DNA of 64,000 nt from Patescibacteria group bacterium (GCA_018817085.1 JAHIUT010000038.1:9441-73440); one strand, 5' to 3'; positions 1 through 10,283 are shown, counted from the first letter of the stretch. Notes: generated by a model from the sequence alone, not told the origin. Numbers and translations are program-made.

Positions 1-187
1 CCGAGTAATTGGAATACATCAAATCCATTCCTTCATAAGAACCGCTGATGGAAGAGGGCGGAACATTTTTTGAGGGCAGGGACCCGCCAACAAGCCTAAG
101 AGCAAAACCTTTAAACAAAAGATACAAAACAAAAAGTATTAAAAAAAAGGAAAGTTTATTTTTCTTAACCCATTCAATTATCAGCAT
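1..187 (-). CDS. Partial CDS running off the window start; N-terminal membrane-anchored protein (possibly DUF4349-like)
   Basis: ATG at 187, open frame to the edge: MLIIEWVKKNKLSFFLILFVLYLLFKG...; basic residues then a hydrophobic helix; divergent from groES; not in the ORF track. Confidence 0.6.
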   Translation of the reverse strand, partial: MLIIEWVKKNKLSFFLILFVLYLLFKGFALRLVGGSLPSKNVPPSSISGSYEGMDLMYSNYS

Positions 188-238
188 TGTTTTTATGATA
201 AGGATTTGTTCAGGTTTAGTCAATAGTAAATTTCGCCC

Positions 239-268
239 TTGACACTTGATGCGATTGTCTGCTATATA
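239..268 (+). promoter_or_regulatory. groESL promoter overlapping a degenerate CIRCE (HrcA operator)
   Basis: TTGACACTT-N9-GTCTGCTAT (239-265) matches TTAGCACTC-N9-GAGTGCTAA at 6/9 in each arm; the left arm contains the -35 TTGACA and the right arm runs into a TG-N-TATATA -10. Confidence 0.6.
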
Positions 269-313
269 TTTCTATGCTTGGTTGAATTTTAGTTTTTATG
301 AAAGGATAAAATT

Positions 314-619
314 ATGGCAAAAAAAGGTGTGGCCACCATAAAACCTGTTTTAGATTATATTTTGATTGAACCTTCCGAAAAAGAAGAGAAAACTGTATCT
401 GGGATTGTTATTCCTGATACCGCTAAAGAAAAGCCTCAAGAGGGTACGGTTGTTGCCGTGGGTCCTGGAAAATTTACCGAAAGCGGGCAGATGATAAAAC
501 CTGCTGTGAAAAAGGGAGATAAAATATTATACAAAAAGTGGGGCGGAAACGAAGTTAAAATAGAAGGAAAAGAATATTTGTTTGTAAAAGAAGAAGATCT
601 TTTAGCTATTGTTGGTTAA
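314..619 (+). CDS. groES: Co-chaperonin GroES
   Basis: SGIVIPDTAKEKPQEG mobile loop, VAVGPG. Confidence 0.98.
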   Translation: MAKKGVATIKPVLDYILIEPSEKEEKTVSGIVIPDTAKEKPQEGTVVAVGPGKFTESGQMIKPAVKKGDKILYKKWGGNEVKIEGKEYLFVKEEDLLAIVG

Positions 620-624
620 TTTAG

Positions 625-2322
<1,698 letters not shown>

Positions 2323-2326
2323 GGTT

Positions 2327-2680
2327 ATGGTAACACTACACAGATTTACAATTACAATTAAAACTATAAGCGCAAATCTTGAAGATGAAAAATGGCTTAT
2401 GTCCTTGTGCAGGGATTTGGCCAGTCTTTCCAACCTAAAAGTACTAAAAGAAGGTTTTGCTCGTTTTGAAAAACAAGGCGCTACCGCTTTTTTGGTTTTA
2501 TTAGAAAGTCATTTAGCTATTCATACTTGGCCAGAGTACGAATTAGCTTACATAGATATTTTGTCCAGCAGAGAAATAAGCAAAAAAGATGTAAAAATAA
2601 TAAATAGATATTTTGCTGAAAAACAACCGGAAATAACTGTAATCCGCGCAGAAATAGTTTGCCAAGAGCAAATCCCATAG
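2327..2680 (+). CDS. speD: S-adenosylmethionine decarboxylase proenzyme (short bacterial class 1B type)
   Basis: LLESHLAIHTWPE self-cleavage/pyruvoyl motif; 117 aa; 4 bp after the groEL stop. Confidence 0.85.
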   Translation: MVTLHRFTITIKTISANLEDEKWLMSLCRDLASLSNLKVLKEGFARFEKQGATAFLVLLESHLAIHTWPEYELAYIDILSSREISKKDVKIINRYFAEKQPEITVIRAEIVCQEQIP

Positions 2681-2683
2681 AGT

Positions 2684-2712
2684 TTGACTTATAGTGGGGA
2701 ATCCATTATAAT
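2684..2712 (+). promoter_or_regulatory. Sigma70-type promoter
   Basis: TTGACT-17 bp-TATAAT upstream of the 2754 CDS. Confidence 0.65.
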
Positions 2713-2753
2713 TCATTAACTGTCTAAATTCAGCCTAAAAATAAGGGGGAACA

Positions 2754-3434
2754 ATGAAAAAGGTTTCTGTGGCGGTTTTTTTGTGTTGTTTGGTGGTTCT
2801 GTTGACACCATCTTTTGTCTTTGCGCAGGAAGGGACAATTCTTGCGAGGGTGGAGGTTCACTGGGGGTATGTTGTAGATGAATCCCCCATCTCGTCAGTT
2901 TTTTTGAGTTCCTCTCGCGACAAACTGTGGGTGTCCACAAAAAGCGTTGGCGGAGAGGAGGGGGCCTCCTCTTATGTGGACATTATTACGGGGGAGATCA
3001 CCCCTCTTAATTTCAATGCCGACCCTTCAAATGGGTTTGCGCTTGGGGAGATTGCCGTTGCGATTGAAGAAAAAACAGCCCCATTTTTTAAGTCCAGTTG
3101 GTTAGGAGTTTGCTCCAACTTGGATTTTGTGGCAGTGCTAAAAAGTGGAACTGTTGAAACCCGCCTTACCAACCTTTCCCCTCTTCCTCTTCTCTGGAGC
3201 GGGGATAAGGGGATAACATGGGAAGAGTTGTCTTCCGGCGGGACTAAAGAATTTTATAAGGACAAAAGTTCGTTGGAAATTCTGTATCCCAATCAAGAAA
3301 CTATTGGTTGGGACCCCTGCGCCACATTAGCGTGGAACAGGGCGAGTTTTGACTTTAGCGCCGTTGGGCTTTCGTCTTTCACGGCGCGTAATTTAACCTT
3401 TCTTGAGAGGTTGCGGTTGTTGTTTGTTCATTAG
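2754..3434 (+). CDS. Hypothetical secreted protein
   Basis: Sec signal peptide (MKKVSVAVFLCCLVVLLTPSFVFA-QE), SD AAGGGGG, one Asp-box-like SGDKGITW. Confidence 0.75.
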   Translation: MKKVSVAVFLCCLVVLLTPSFVFAQEGTILARVEVHWGYVVDESPISSVFLSSSRDKLWVSTKSVGGEEGASSYVDIITGEITPLNFNADPSNGFALGEIAVAIEEKTAPFFKSSWLGVCSNLDFVAVLKSGTVETRLTNLSPLPLLWSGDKGITWEELSSGGTKEFYKDKSSLEILYPNQETIGWDPCATLAWNRASFDFSAVGLSSFTARNLTFLERLRLLFVH

Positions 3435-3441
3435 GGACTAT

Positions 3442-3476
3442 GGGCGTTGCCTAGAACTTTTTAGGTAACGCCTTTT
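3442..3476. terminator. Hairpin between convergent genes
   Basis: GGCGTTGCCTAG-loop-TTAGGTAACGCC followed by TTTT. Confidence 0.6.
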
Positions 3477-4417
3477 CATTCCCAAGTGTACAATTTTGAT
3501 AGAGGTTTGGATTTTCCAAGTTTTGTTTGAGGAGTTTTTTCCAGTATATACAAATCGCTTGTGTTCCCTACCGTTTCCGCTCCTTTTATGTACTTATTAA
3601 AGTTTTGGGTTTTTTCTCTTATAAAAAGTCCGTATTGGTTTATTATTTGTTGAACTTTTAACGATTTTTCTCTTGATAAAGGGGATGTGCCGTAACAAAT
3701 GTAGTGTGAGGATAATCCGTTTTCTTTGGTGGCTTCCAAACTTCTTCGCAAAAAAAGGTCAAATCCGTTTTCGGTGTATGGCGAGTCGGTAAAAACGGTA
3801 TCCGACTTATGCAAAAACTCTTTTGGAATAGCCTTTTTTAAATCCCACAAAACATAATTTATTTTTAAGCGATGTTCTTTACACACCTTTTCAATAACAT
3901 TAAGTATGTTTGTATCGATTTCAAGAACGGAAATATCGCAAGCTCTAAATGTGTAAGCTACGGCTAGAGATGTTAAATCGTCGTCCCCAAGAAAAACTAT
4001 TTTCCTATCTTGTAAATCTTTCTGGCCATTAAGCTTTTTTACGCGATTTATAACGGTTTCTTCCGTGGCGTAAAACTGGTCGTATTCTCTTTTTGGGACG
4101 GGCATTAAACTTTTTATATGGCGAATAAAATCTTGGATACCTTGCAAGTTAAAAGGTGGTTCTTTTTCAGATTTTTCGGAAAGAAGCGTTCCTCCCATAT
4201 TGGTGAGCGTTAATCGCGGGGAGGCCGTATTGTAATTGACAAATTTGGGATTTAATAACAAAACTAACCTTTTCATTTGCCCATGCGAAAGGTTGGTTAT
4301 TCGGGTAAGTTCCGAAACGGTGGGAGTTTGGGTTTTAATTATTTCAATAATGTTTATTATATCCGTTACTCGTATTTTGGATTTTCTGGATATGTTGTCC
4401 AAATTGGGAGTATTCAT
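3476..4417 (-). CDS. Bis(aminopropyl)spermidine synthase family protein (BpsA/DUF43-like aminopropyltransferase)
   Basis: PKREYDQFYAT, IVFLGDDDLTSLA (GDDD motif), VLEID, FTDSPYT; N-terminal winged-helix-like segment. Confidence 0.75.
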   Translation of the reverse strand: MNTPNLDNISRKSKIRVTDIINIIEIIKTQTPTVSELTRITNLSHGQMKRLVLLLNPKFVNYNTASPRLTLTNMGGTLLSEKSEKEPPFNLQGIQDFIRHIKSLMPVPKREYDQFYATEETVINRVKKLNGQKDLQDRKIVFLGDDDLTSLAVAYTFRACDISVLEIDTNILNVIEKVCKEHRLKINYVLWDLKKAIPKEFLHKSDTVFTDSPYTENGFDLFLRRSLEATKENGLSSHYICYGTSPLSREKSLKVQQIINQYGLFIREKTQNFNKYIKGAETVGNTSDLYILEKTPQTKLGKSKPLSKLYTWE

Positions 4418-4815
4418 AATAAATTGTCCAAAGCGGCGTTAACAAGGGAATCTGCCATAGAATTTTGTTCTCGCGGGATATATTTAAATTGAACTTTTTC
4501 AAATTGGTTTTCTAGATTTTTTACTTTTATGGCAAGTTTTTGGAGTTCCGCGTTTTTTATTTTGTAAGCTCCGGTTAGTTGTTTTACCGCAAGTTCGCTA
4601 TCCATAAAACATATAAGTTCTTTGGGCTGGTATTTTAGAGCGGTTTCAATGCCAAAAATTAATGCGGAATACTCGGCGATGTTGTTGGTGGCAATACCTA
4701 TTTTTTTGCCGAGTTTTATCACAGTTTTTTCGTTGTCCATTAAGACAACGCCAATAGCCGCCTGTCCTGGGTTATTTCTTGACCCCCCGTCGGTGTATAA
4801 AAAAAGTTTTTCCAT
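4414..4815 (-). CDS. rnhA: Ribonuclease HI family protein
   Basis: YTDGGSRNNPG, TNNIAEY, DSEL, NSMAD; likely start ATG at 4815, 6 nt after TATAAT; ATGA overlap with the bpsA-like gene. Confidence 0.9.
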   Translation of the reverse strand: MEKLFLYTDGGSRNNPGQAAIGVVLMDNEKTVIKLGKKIGIATNNIAEYSALIFGIETALKYQPKELICFMDSELAVKQLTGAYKIKNAELQKLAIKVKNLENQFEKVQFKYIPREQNSMADSLVNAALDNLL

Positions 4816-4845
4816 ACACCCATTATACAATATTTGAAAATGAGA

Positions 4846-4873
4846 AGGGTTTAACCCTTTAGGGTTAAACCCT
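4846..4873. repeat. REP-like doubled 13-bp palindrome
   Basis: AGGGTTTAACCCT-TT-AGGGTTAAACCCT, perfect inverted pair; then CCTATTGAAA x2 (4871-4890). Confidence 0.75.
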
Positions 4874-4947
4874 ATTGAAACCTATTGAAAAAAGTGTTGA
4901 CAAGGGTGTTGTACTATCTTAAGCTGAAAATAGAAAGTCTTTTAATT

Positions 4948-6141
4948 ATGGAACAAGCAAGTCAATTAAATTCCGTTTCGGATTCGCAAGTAAAATACGC
5001 AGGTTTCGGAGTAAGGTTTCTTGCATATTGGGTGGATTTTCTTCTAGTATTTTTGATTGGAATGCTTATCCAAACCGCGTTGGGAAGAAATCCAGCTTTA
5101 GTTTTCCAAAACATTAAGTCTCTAGAGGAGTTTCAACAAATTCAAAATTCTACTTCCATGACTCTAGTCTCTTTTGTTAGTCTACTTTTTGGGTTAGCGT
5201 ATTTTTTGCTATTCTATGTTAATTATGATGGGGCTACCCCCGGAAAAAGGTTATTGGGCATAAAAGTAACAAGAGATGACGGTTCAAAGGTAACCTACCC
5301 TGTTGCCTTTGTGCGGTATTTAGGTATATTCGTGTCTGCATGCTCTCTTGGGCTTGGCTATCTTTGGGTAGCGTGGGATAAGAAAAAGCAAGCGTGGCAC
5401 GATAAAATTGCCAAGACTGTAGTTGTTAAGACAGGAGCGAAACCAAAAACTATTTTGGCAATTATTATAACCATTTTTACTATTCTATTTTTCTCTGTTT
5501 ATATGGGTAGTTTTATGTATATGGGCTTTAAACTAGGAATGCAGGAAGCAGGTAACAAAGAAGTGGACAGTCGTCCAGCCCAATCTTTAAAACAAAATCA
5601 AGAAAACATGTCTCCTGAAGCTAAAACTCATTATGAGAATAGTCAAGCGCTTTTTAAGCAAATGCAAGCTGTTAGTAATGATGTTTCTGCGCTTAAACCT
5701 CTTGCCGATAAAACGATTGAAGAAGCAAAACTAGCTGTGGACGCACAACCTACAAATCCCATACTTTGGTCTAACTTGGGGGATGCTTATGGCTGGCCAA
5801 ATACTGTAGGAACTGAAGAAGATGGTCTGCCTGCTTACAAAAAAGCAGAGGCACTTGACCCAAACAATGTTATATATATAAACTTTGTGGGAGATGAGCT
5901 TATCAAACTTGGAAGAAATGGGGAAGCCGTATTGCAATTTCAAAAGACACTTAGATTAACGGACAGTTCGGGTTATGCTTATGTAAGTATAGGAACAGCT
6001 TATAAAAATTTAGGGGTGTATGACGAGGCGAGAAAACATTTACAGAAAGGAATAGAAATCTTTCAAAGTCAAAATAAAGATGGTAAATACGACACACAAA
6101 TTTTACAAGCCCAAAAAGAATTGTCAGGTCTCCCAAAGTAA
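4948..6141 (+). CDS. RDD family membrane protein fused to a C-terminal TPR domain
   Basis: YAGFGVRFLAYWVD, TPGKRLLGIKV, KQAWHDKIAKT; TPR-like helices after a fourth TM. Confidence 0.85.
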   Translation: MEQASQLNSVSDSQVKYAGFGVRFLAYWVDFLLVFLIGMLIQTALGRNPALVFQNIKSLEEFQQIQNSTSMTLVSFVSLLFGLAYFLLFYVNYDGATPGKRLLGIKVTRDDGSKVTYPVAFVRYLGIFVSACSLGLGYLWVAWDKKKQAWHDKIAKTVVVKTGAKPKTILAIIITIFTILFFSVYMGSFMYMGFKLGMQEAGNKEVDSRPAQSLKQNQENMSPEAKTHYENSQALFKQMQAVSNDVSALKPLADKTIEEAKLAVDAQPTNPILWSNLGDAYGWPNTVGTEEDGLPAYKKAEALDPNNVIYINFVGDELIKLGRNGEAVLQFQKTLRLTDSSGYAYVSIGTAYKNLGVYDEARKHLQKGIEIFQSQNKDGKYDTQILQAQKELSGLPK

Positions 6142-6184
6142 GTATATCTACTCCCCCTAAAATTTAGTGACTATTAAACTGTGC

Positions 6185-6259
6185 AAAATGGAGTCGGTAA
6201 CTCCAAAAAACTATGTAAAATGGAGTTGACAACTCCAAAAAACTATGTAAAATGGAGTT
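6185..6259 (+). repeat. 32-bp tandem repeat (2.3 copies) forming the promoter/operator of the AAA gene
   Basis: AAAATGGAGT-N4-AACTCCAAAAAACTATGT at 6185-6216 and 6217-6248, partial third copy; contains TTGACA (6226) and TAAAAT (6248). Confidence 0.8.
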
Positions 6260-7396
6260 ATGTATTCCAGATTAATAACGCCTCCAAAAGATAAAAGCTT
6301 CTTTTTGTTTGGTCCTCGCGGAACCGGAAAAACAACTTGGGTAAGAGCCACTTTTCCGAAAGCAGTATATTTAGATTTATTGGAAGCGGAGGTATTTAAC
6401 ATTTTATTAGCCAATCCGCAAAGGTTGGAGAACTATATACCAAAAAACTTTACCGATTATATTATTATTGATGAAGTACAGCGAATTCCCGAAATACTAA
6501 ACGAAGTACATCGTTTAATTGAAAAAGAACGTCTTAAATTTATCCTCACTGGTTCTAGCGCTAGAAAATTAAGAAAAGGCGGGCAGAATTTGTTAGCGGG
6601 CAGAGCGCTTACTTATTTTTTGCACCCATTAACAGCGGTGGAACTTGGTACTGATTTTAATCTTAAACAATCTTTAAATTATGGGCATCTCCCCTCTATA
6701 AATAAAGAGAAAGATCCCCAAAAATATTTGGAAAGTTATATTAAGACTTACCTTGAGGAGGAAGTTTTTCAAGAAGGACTAACAAGAAATCTTTCCGTTT
6801 TCGCCCGTTTCCTGGAAACAGCAAGTTTCTCTCAAGGGTCGATTTTAAATACATCGGAAGTAGCAAGGGAAGCGGCTATTAATAGGAAGGTGGTGGAAAA
6901 TTATTTTAAGATTCTTGAGGATTTGTTAATTGGATATCGCATCCCTGTTTTTAATAAAAGGGCGAAAAGGAGACTTCTTGCTCATTCTAAATTCTATTTT
7001 TTTGATGTGGGTGTTTATAAGGTATTGCGTCCGATGGGTCCTTTGGATATGCCTGAAATGGTAGAAGGTATGTCTTACGAGAGCTTGTTTTTTCAGGACA
7101 TCCTTGCTATTAACAGCAGTTTGAATTTAGGGTATAAGCTTTTTTATTACCGAACCGTAACAGGAATAGAAGTTGATTTTGTAATGTATGGAGAAAAGGG
7201 AATTCGCGCTTTTGAAATTAAAAGAACCAACAAAATTTCCTCTGATTTAACTAAGGGTCTAAAATATTTCTCTAAGGAATATCCTCAATCAAAAAGTTTT
7301 CTTATCTATGGAGGAAAAAGAAAAATGAGCGAAGGCAATATTGAAATATTGCCAATTGAATACGCTCTTAAAAACCTTCCCGAGTTGCTTATTTAA
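6260..7396 (+). CDS. AAA_14 ATPase with DUF4143 domain
   Basis: GPRGTGKT Walker A, IIIDEVQ Walker B, TGSSA, KFYFFDVG, C-terminal EVDF...FEIK PD-(D/E)XK-like motif. Confidence 0.9.
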   Translation: MYSRLITPPKDKSFFLFGPRGTGKTTWVRATFPKAVYLDLLEAEVFNILLANPQRLENYIPKNFTDYIIIDEVQRIPEILNEVHRLIEKERLKFILTGSSARKLRKGGQNLLAGRALTYFLHPLTAVELGTDFNLKQSLNYGHLPSINKEKDPQKYLESYIKTYLEEEVFQEGLTRNLSVFARFLETASFSQGSILNTSEVAREAAINRKVVENYFKILEDLLIGYRIPVFNKRAKRRLLAHSKFYFFDVGVYKVLRPMGPLDMPEMVEGMSYESLFFQDILAINSSLNLGYKLFYYRTVTGIEVDFVMYGEKGIRAFEIKRTNKISSDLTKGLKYFSKEYPQSKSFLIYGGKRKMSEGNIEILPIEYALKNLPELLI

Positions 7397-7466
7397 ATCT
7401 CCTTAATGGCACAACTTTGCAAAAAGGAAGTTTAATTTATGGAATTTTAGTAGCATGTGGTGGTGA

Positions 7467-8450
7467 TTATAATCTAATTAATTCTTCCAACCAGGGGATT
7501 TTCTCGTGTTTTCTCTTCCACCATAGATCTTCCCAAATATAATTGACAGCGAGCATTTTGTATTTGCCAAAGCGGTTATCAAAAAATTTGAGGAGCTCTT
7601 TTTCCGAGATGGGATTTGACGGATCTCGATTAAAGAAAAGTTTGGAATAGATTTTTTGCTCCCAAGGAGAAATATGAGAAAGTTCGTCATAGTGTTTGAA
7701 TACATCAAGGAGGATGTAACCAACGGTGGCAGGTCCGATGCCGTAAAGGTTGATTAAAGATTCTCGTTGTTCTTCCTTGCCTTTGGTTCTAAGTTCCAAT
7801 TCATCAATCTCATTTTTGGCAAATGGTTCGGAAAGTCTTTTTAAAGATTTTGCCCGATAACCGACTTTGAGGTCTCGAAGTTCTTGCTCGGAAACTTTAG
7901 TTAAAACTTCCGGTTCCCAGAAACAGTAGAAATTTTTGTTGTCATAATTTAGTAAGGTTCCGCAATTCTCAAACAAAACTTGCATCATATTAACCGAGCG
8001 TCTAACTGTACAATTTTGTAAAACGATTCCGATGACTAGATATTCGTAGAGAGACTGCGGACTCATAATTCTCATTCCCGGCCACTTTTTGAGAACGGAA
8101 CCAAGTTGTCCATCGTTTTTGAATTTTTTGATAAAATTTGAGAGGTCGGTTTGGAAATCGTAGCGGTAATTGATCTCCTCGGTTAGTCCACTGATGAAAT
8201 CAGAAGCTAGTTTATTTTTGGAATAAACCTCAAGATCGATTTTCGGTCTTTTAATTGCTCCTGCATTGATAAACTTCAAACCCAAGCACTGCCCACCCCA
8301 CAACATCGTCTGCCAGCGACAACCTCTGCCCCAAGCTGTGTCTTGCGAGGGAAAATGTCCCGGCTTGTGCATCGAAGGGTCAAAGGTAAATGGAGGAACG
8401 GGGTTGAGTTCAACAGTGGTTCTGTTTTTGAGATTTAAAATTTTCCCCAT
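7467..8450 (-). CDS. HhH-GPD superfamily DNA glycosylase (AlkA/Ogg-like)
   Basis: IVLQN, LKVGYRAK, LYGIGPAT helix-hairpin-helix. Confidence 0.75.
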   Translation of the reverse strand: MGKILNLKNRTTVELNPVPPFTFDPSMHKPGHFPSQDTAWGRGCRWQTMLWGGQCLGLKFINAGAIKRPKIDLEVYSKNKLASDFISGLTEEINYRYDFQTDLSNFIKKFKNDGQLGSVLKKWPGMRIMSPQSLYEYLVIGIVLQNCTVRRSVNMMQVLFENCGTLLNYDNKNFYCFWEPEVLTKVSEQELRDLKVGYRAKSLKRLSEPFAKNEIDELELRTKGKEEQRESLINLYGIGPATVGYILLDVFKHYDELSHISPWEQKIYSKLFFNRDPSNPISEKELLKFFDNRFGKYKMLAVNYIWEDLWWKRKHEKIPWLEELIRL

Positions 8451-8452
8451 TT

Positions 8453-8887
8453 TTAATTTTTAACCACTTCAACCACCATTGGTTCTTTGGTGAAGTCAGA
8501 ATAGCAAACCCGAGTCGATTTAACGGTAAAATAAACTTCCTCTGGATTTTTATCTGGGCCCAAGTAATACCCTTCCCATTCCGGATGTTGTCCGACAATG
8601 AAGTTTCGAGCGTTAATCGCGTCCTCGCCTTTTAAAACCGTGACCTTACCGTCAATTTGCACGGTCGGAAGATTGTTTGCGATCCCAACGACGATTGCCG
8701 CTCGCGGATTAACCAGCAAGTTTTTGTATTTGCGTGCCTTGTTCGATGTTTCGAGGTAAAAAACCATCTTGTCGTCAATGGCGTAAGCCATCGTTGCCGC
8801 AATTGGTTTCCCGGATTCATTAACAGTTGCCACAACACAAAGGTCATTATTTTTGAGAAATTTTAAGACATCTTCTTTAGTAATTAT
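8453..8887 (-). CDS. Pyridoxamine 5'-phosphate oxidase-like (split-barrel) protein; probable ATA start
   Basis: CVVATVNESGKP, RKYKNLLVNPRAAIVV; frame open upstream of the track's GTG (8833) to ATA at 8887, 6 nt after SD GAAAGGTGGTGA. Confidence 0.75.
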   Translation of the reverse strand: MITKEDVLKFLKNNDLCVVATVNESGKPIAATMAYAIDDKMVFYLETSNKARKYKNLLVNPRAAIVVGIANNLPTVQIDGKVTVLKGEDAINARNFIVGQHPEWEGYYLGPDKNPEEVYFTVKSTRVCYSDFTKEPMVVEVVKN

Positions 8888-9024
8888 TCTCTATCACCAC
8901 CTTTCGTTGAACTGATTTTACTGCACTTTTTATGTTGTTTGGAAGAGAATAAAACAATATATCCAGCAAGGAACAGAGACGCAAACGCTAAAATTACGAT
9001 AGCAGGATTGGCATTAGTAAGCAT
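8884..9024 (-). CDS. Small single-TM protein (46 aa)
   Basis: MLTNANPAIVILAFASLFLAGYIVLFSSKQHKK...; its stop overlaps the next start; below the ORF track cut-off. Confidence 0.5.
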   Translation of the reverse strand: MLTNANPAIVILAFASLFLAGYIVLFSSKQHKKCSKISSTKGGDRE

Positions 9025-9030
9025 AATAAA

Positions 9031-9126
9031 TTATCTCTTTCTAAATAAAATATAAGTTAATATAACAAAGATTGCGCTTGCTATAACGGCCATAAAGTAT
9101 GTGTCTGAAAATGTAGATGTGTTCAT
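9031..9126 (-). CDS. Small single-TM protein (31 aa)
   Basis: MNTSTFSDTYFMAVIASAIFVILTYILFRKR; ATGA overlap with the upstream gene. Confidence 0.5.
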   Translation of the reverse strand: MNTSTFSDTYFMAVIASAIFVILTYILFRKR

Positions 9127-9326
9127 CTGGCCTCCCTTGCGAATAGCAACGATAAATTAAGAAATAGATAAGAAAGTCCAAACCCGGAAATGAGAAAAAG
9201 CATTTTTTCCACGGCGAATGTTTTGGAAAAAAAGGGAGCTACGATGCCTCCTGTAAACCAAGCTACCGAGATATTATTAAAAAAATCCGAAAGGACATTA
9301 TATTCTCCTCTAGTTAGGATTCTCAT
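9123..9326 (-). CDS. Small two-TM membrane protein (67 aa)
   Basis: MRILTRGEYNVLSDFFNNISVAWFTGGIVAPFF...; TATAAT just upstream of ATG 9326. Confidence 0.65.
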   Translation of the reverse strand: MRILTRGEYNVLSDFFNNISVAWFTGGIVAPFFSKTFAVEKMLFLISGFGLSYLFLNLSLLFAREAR

Positions 9327-9381
9327 TAAGATTATATTAAACACTTTTAGAATTTTCCGCAAGTTTTTAATTCATAAGGGT

Positions 9382-9990
9382 TTAACCCTGTTTAGATAAT
9401 TTGAGTCCGCAGATAAATTCATATGTAGGTCCTGCGACAAATCCCCAACTAAAACCCCACATCAATTCTTCAATAGGCGCGCCGAGGAAAAAGATGCCAG
9501 AAAGGTTTTCGAGGAGCTACCACTTTTGGATAATTCCGTCAAAAATATTGCAAAATATTAAATAAAAGATAAGCATAAGGACTCCAACAAATATCCCGCT
9601 GAATAAAGCGTCCTTAAAGAGATCGTGTCGAAGTAAGAGTATGAAAATCCCGATTAATAAAAACCCCATCGTGGAAATATAGATGGAATTAAAACCCAAA
9701 ACTATATTGCCAACAAACATCCAAGTTATTCCGAAAATTGCGGACATTAACATATATTTTGGACGCGCGGATACACATCTTTTTGTATATTTTTTCTAAA
9801 AGACACTTCATATATCACTGCGGCAATTCCTCCAATAGTAAAAGCAAAAAATAGATCTTCTATTCCAAAGCTTCTCCCAGTAAGAATTTTTGGTTGCCAG
9901 TAATCGCGCAAATAAAACAATTCGGATAGAGGTCCCATTGGGGCGATAACAAGGGACATAATTAACATCTCTTTTCGCAGATCTCGCCGC
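9382..9990 (-). pseudogene. Degraded lycopene-cyclase-domain-like membrane protein
   Basis: Duplicated motifs RRDLRKEM/RHDLFKDA and FGIEDLFF/APIEELMW split over two frames (shift near 9750-9795); in-frame TAG at 9517-9519 with the frame continuing to TAA at 9382; N-terminus missing. Confidence 0.7.
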
Positions 9991-10059
9991 TATCATATGG
10001 AACTATAATACCATATAGAATTAGAAAGCCACAACTGCTATGATGTGGATATCTTAAAT

Positions 10060-10266
10060 ATGAATCAAATTTCCAAAAAACTAGGGCGAAATATCAAGCG
10101 CATACGGGTTCTCCATAAGATGTCGCAAGGCGACATCTGCCGAGCGCTTGATATGGATAGAAGTTATATGAGCGCGATTGAGAATGGCAAGAAAAATATC
10201 ACTATTTCCCAATTAGATAGATTAGCGCAAGCGCTTGGCATTTCGGTTGATAAATTATTAAAATAA
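10060..10266 (+). CDS. XRE-family HTH transcriptional regulator
   Basis: MSQGDICRALDMDRSYMSAIENGKKNIT. Confidence 0.9.
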   Translation: MNQISKKLGRNIKRIRVLHKMSQGDICRALDMDRSYMSAIENGKKNITISQLDRLAQALGISVDKLLK

Positions 10267-10283
10267 GAGTATTGTTTAAACAG

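Noticed and set aside
6185-6259. Palindromic 32-bp repeats as a mini CRISPR array
   Set aside because: Copies are directly adjacent with no spacers, no cas genes are in the window, and they contain promoter boxes.
9517-9519. In-frame TAG as recoding or an alternative genetic code
   Set aside because: The same gene also has a frameshift and lacks its N-terminus, and TAG and TGA terminate normal genes throughout the window.
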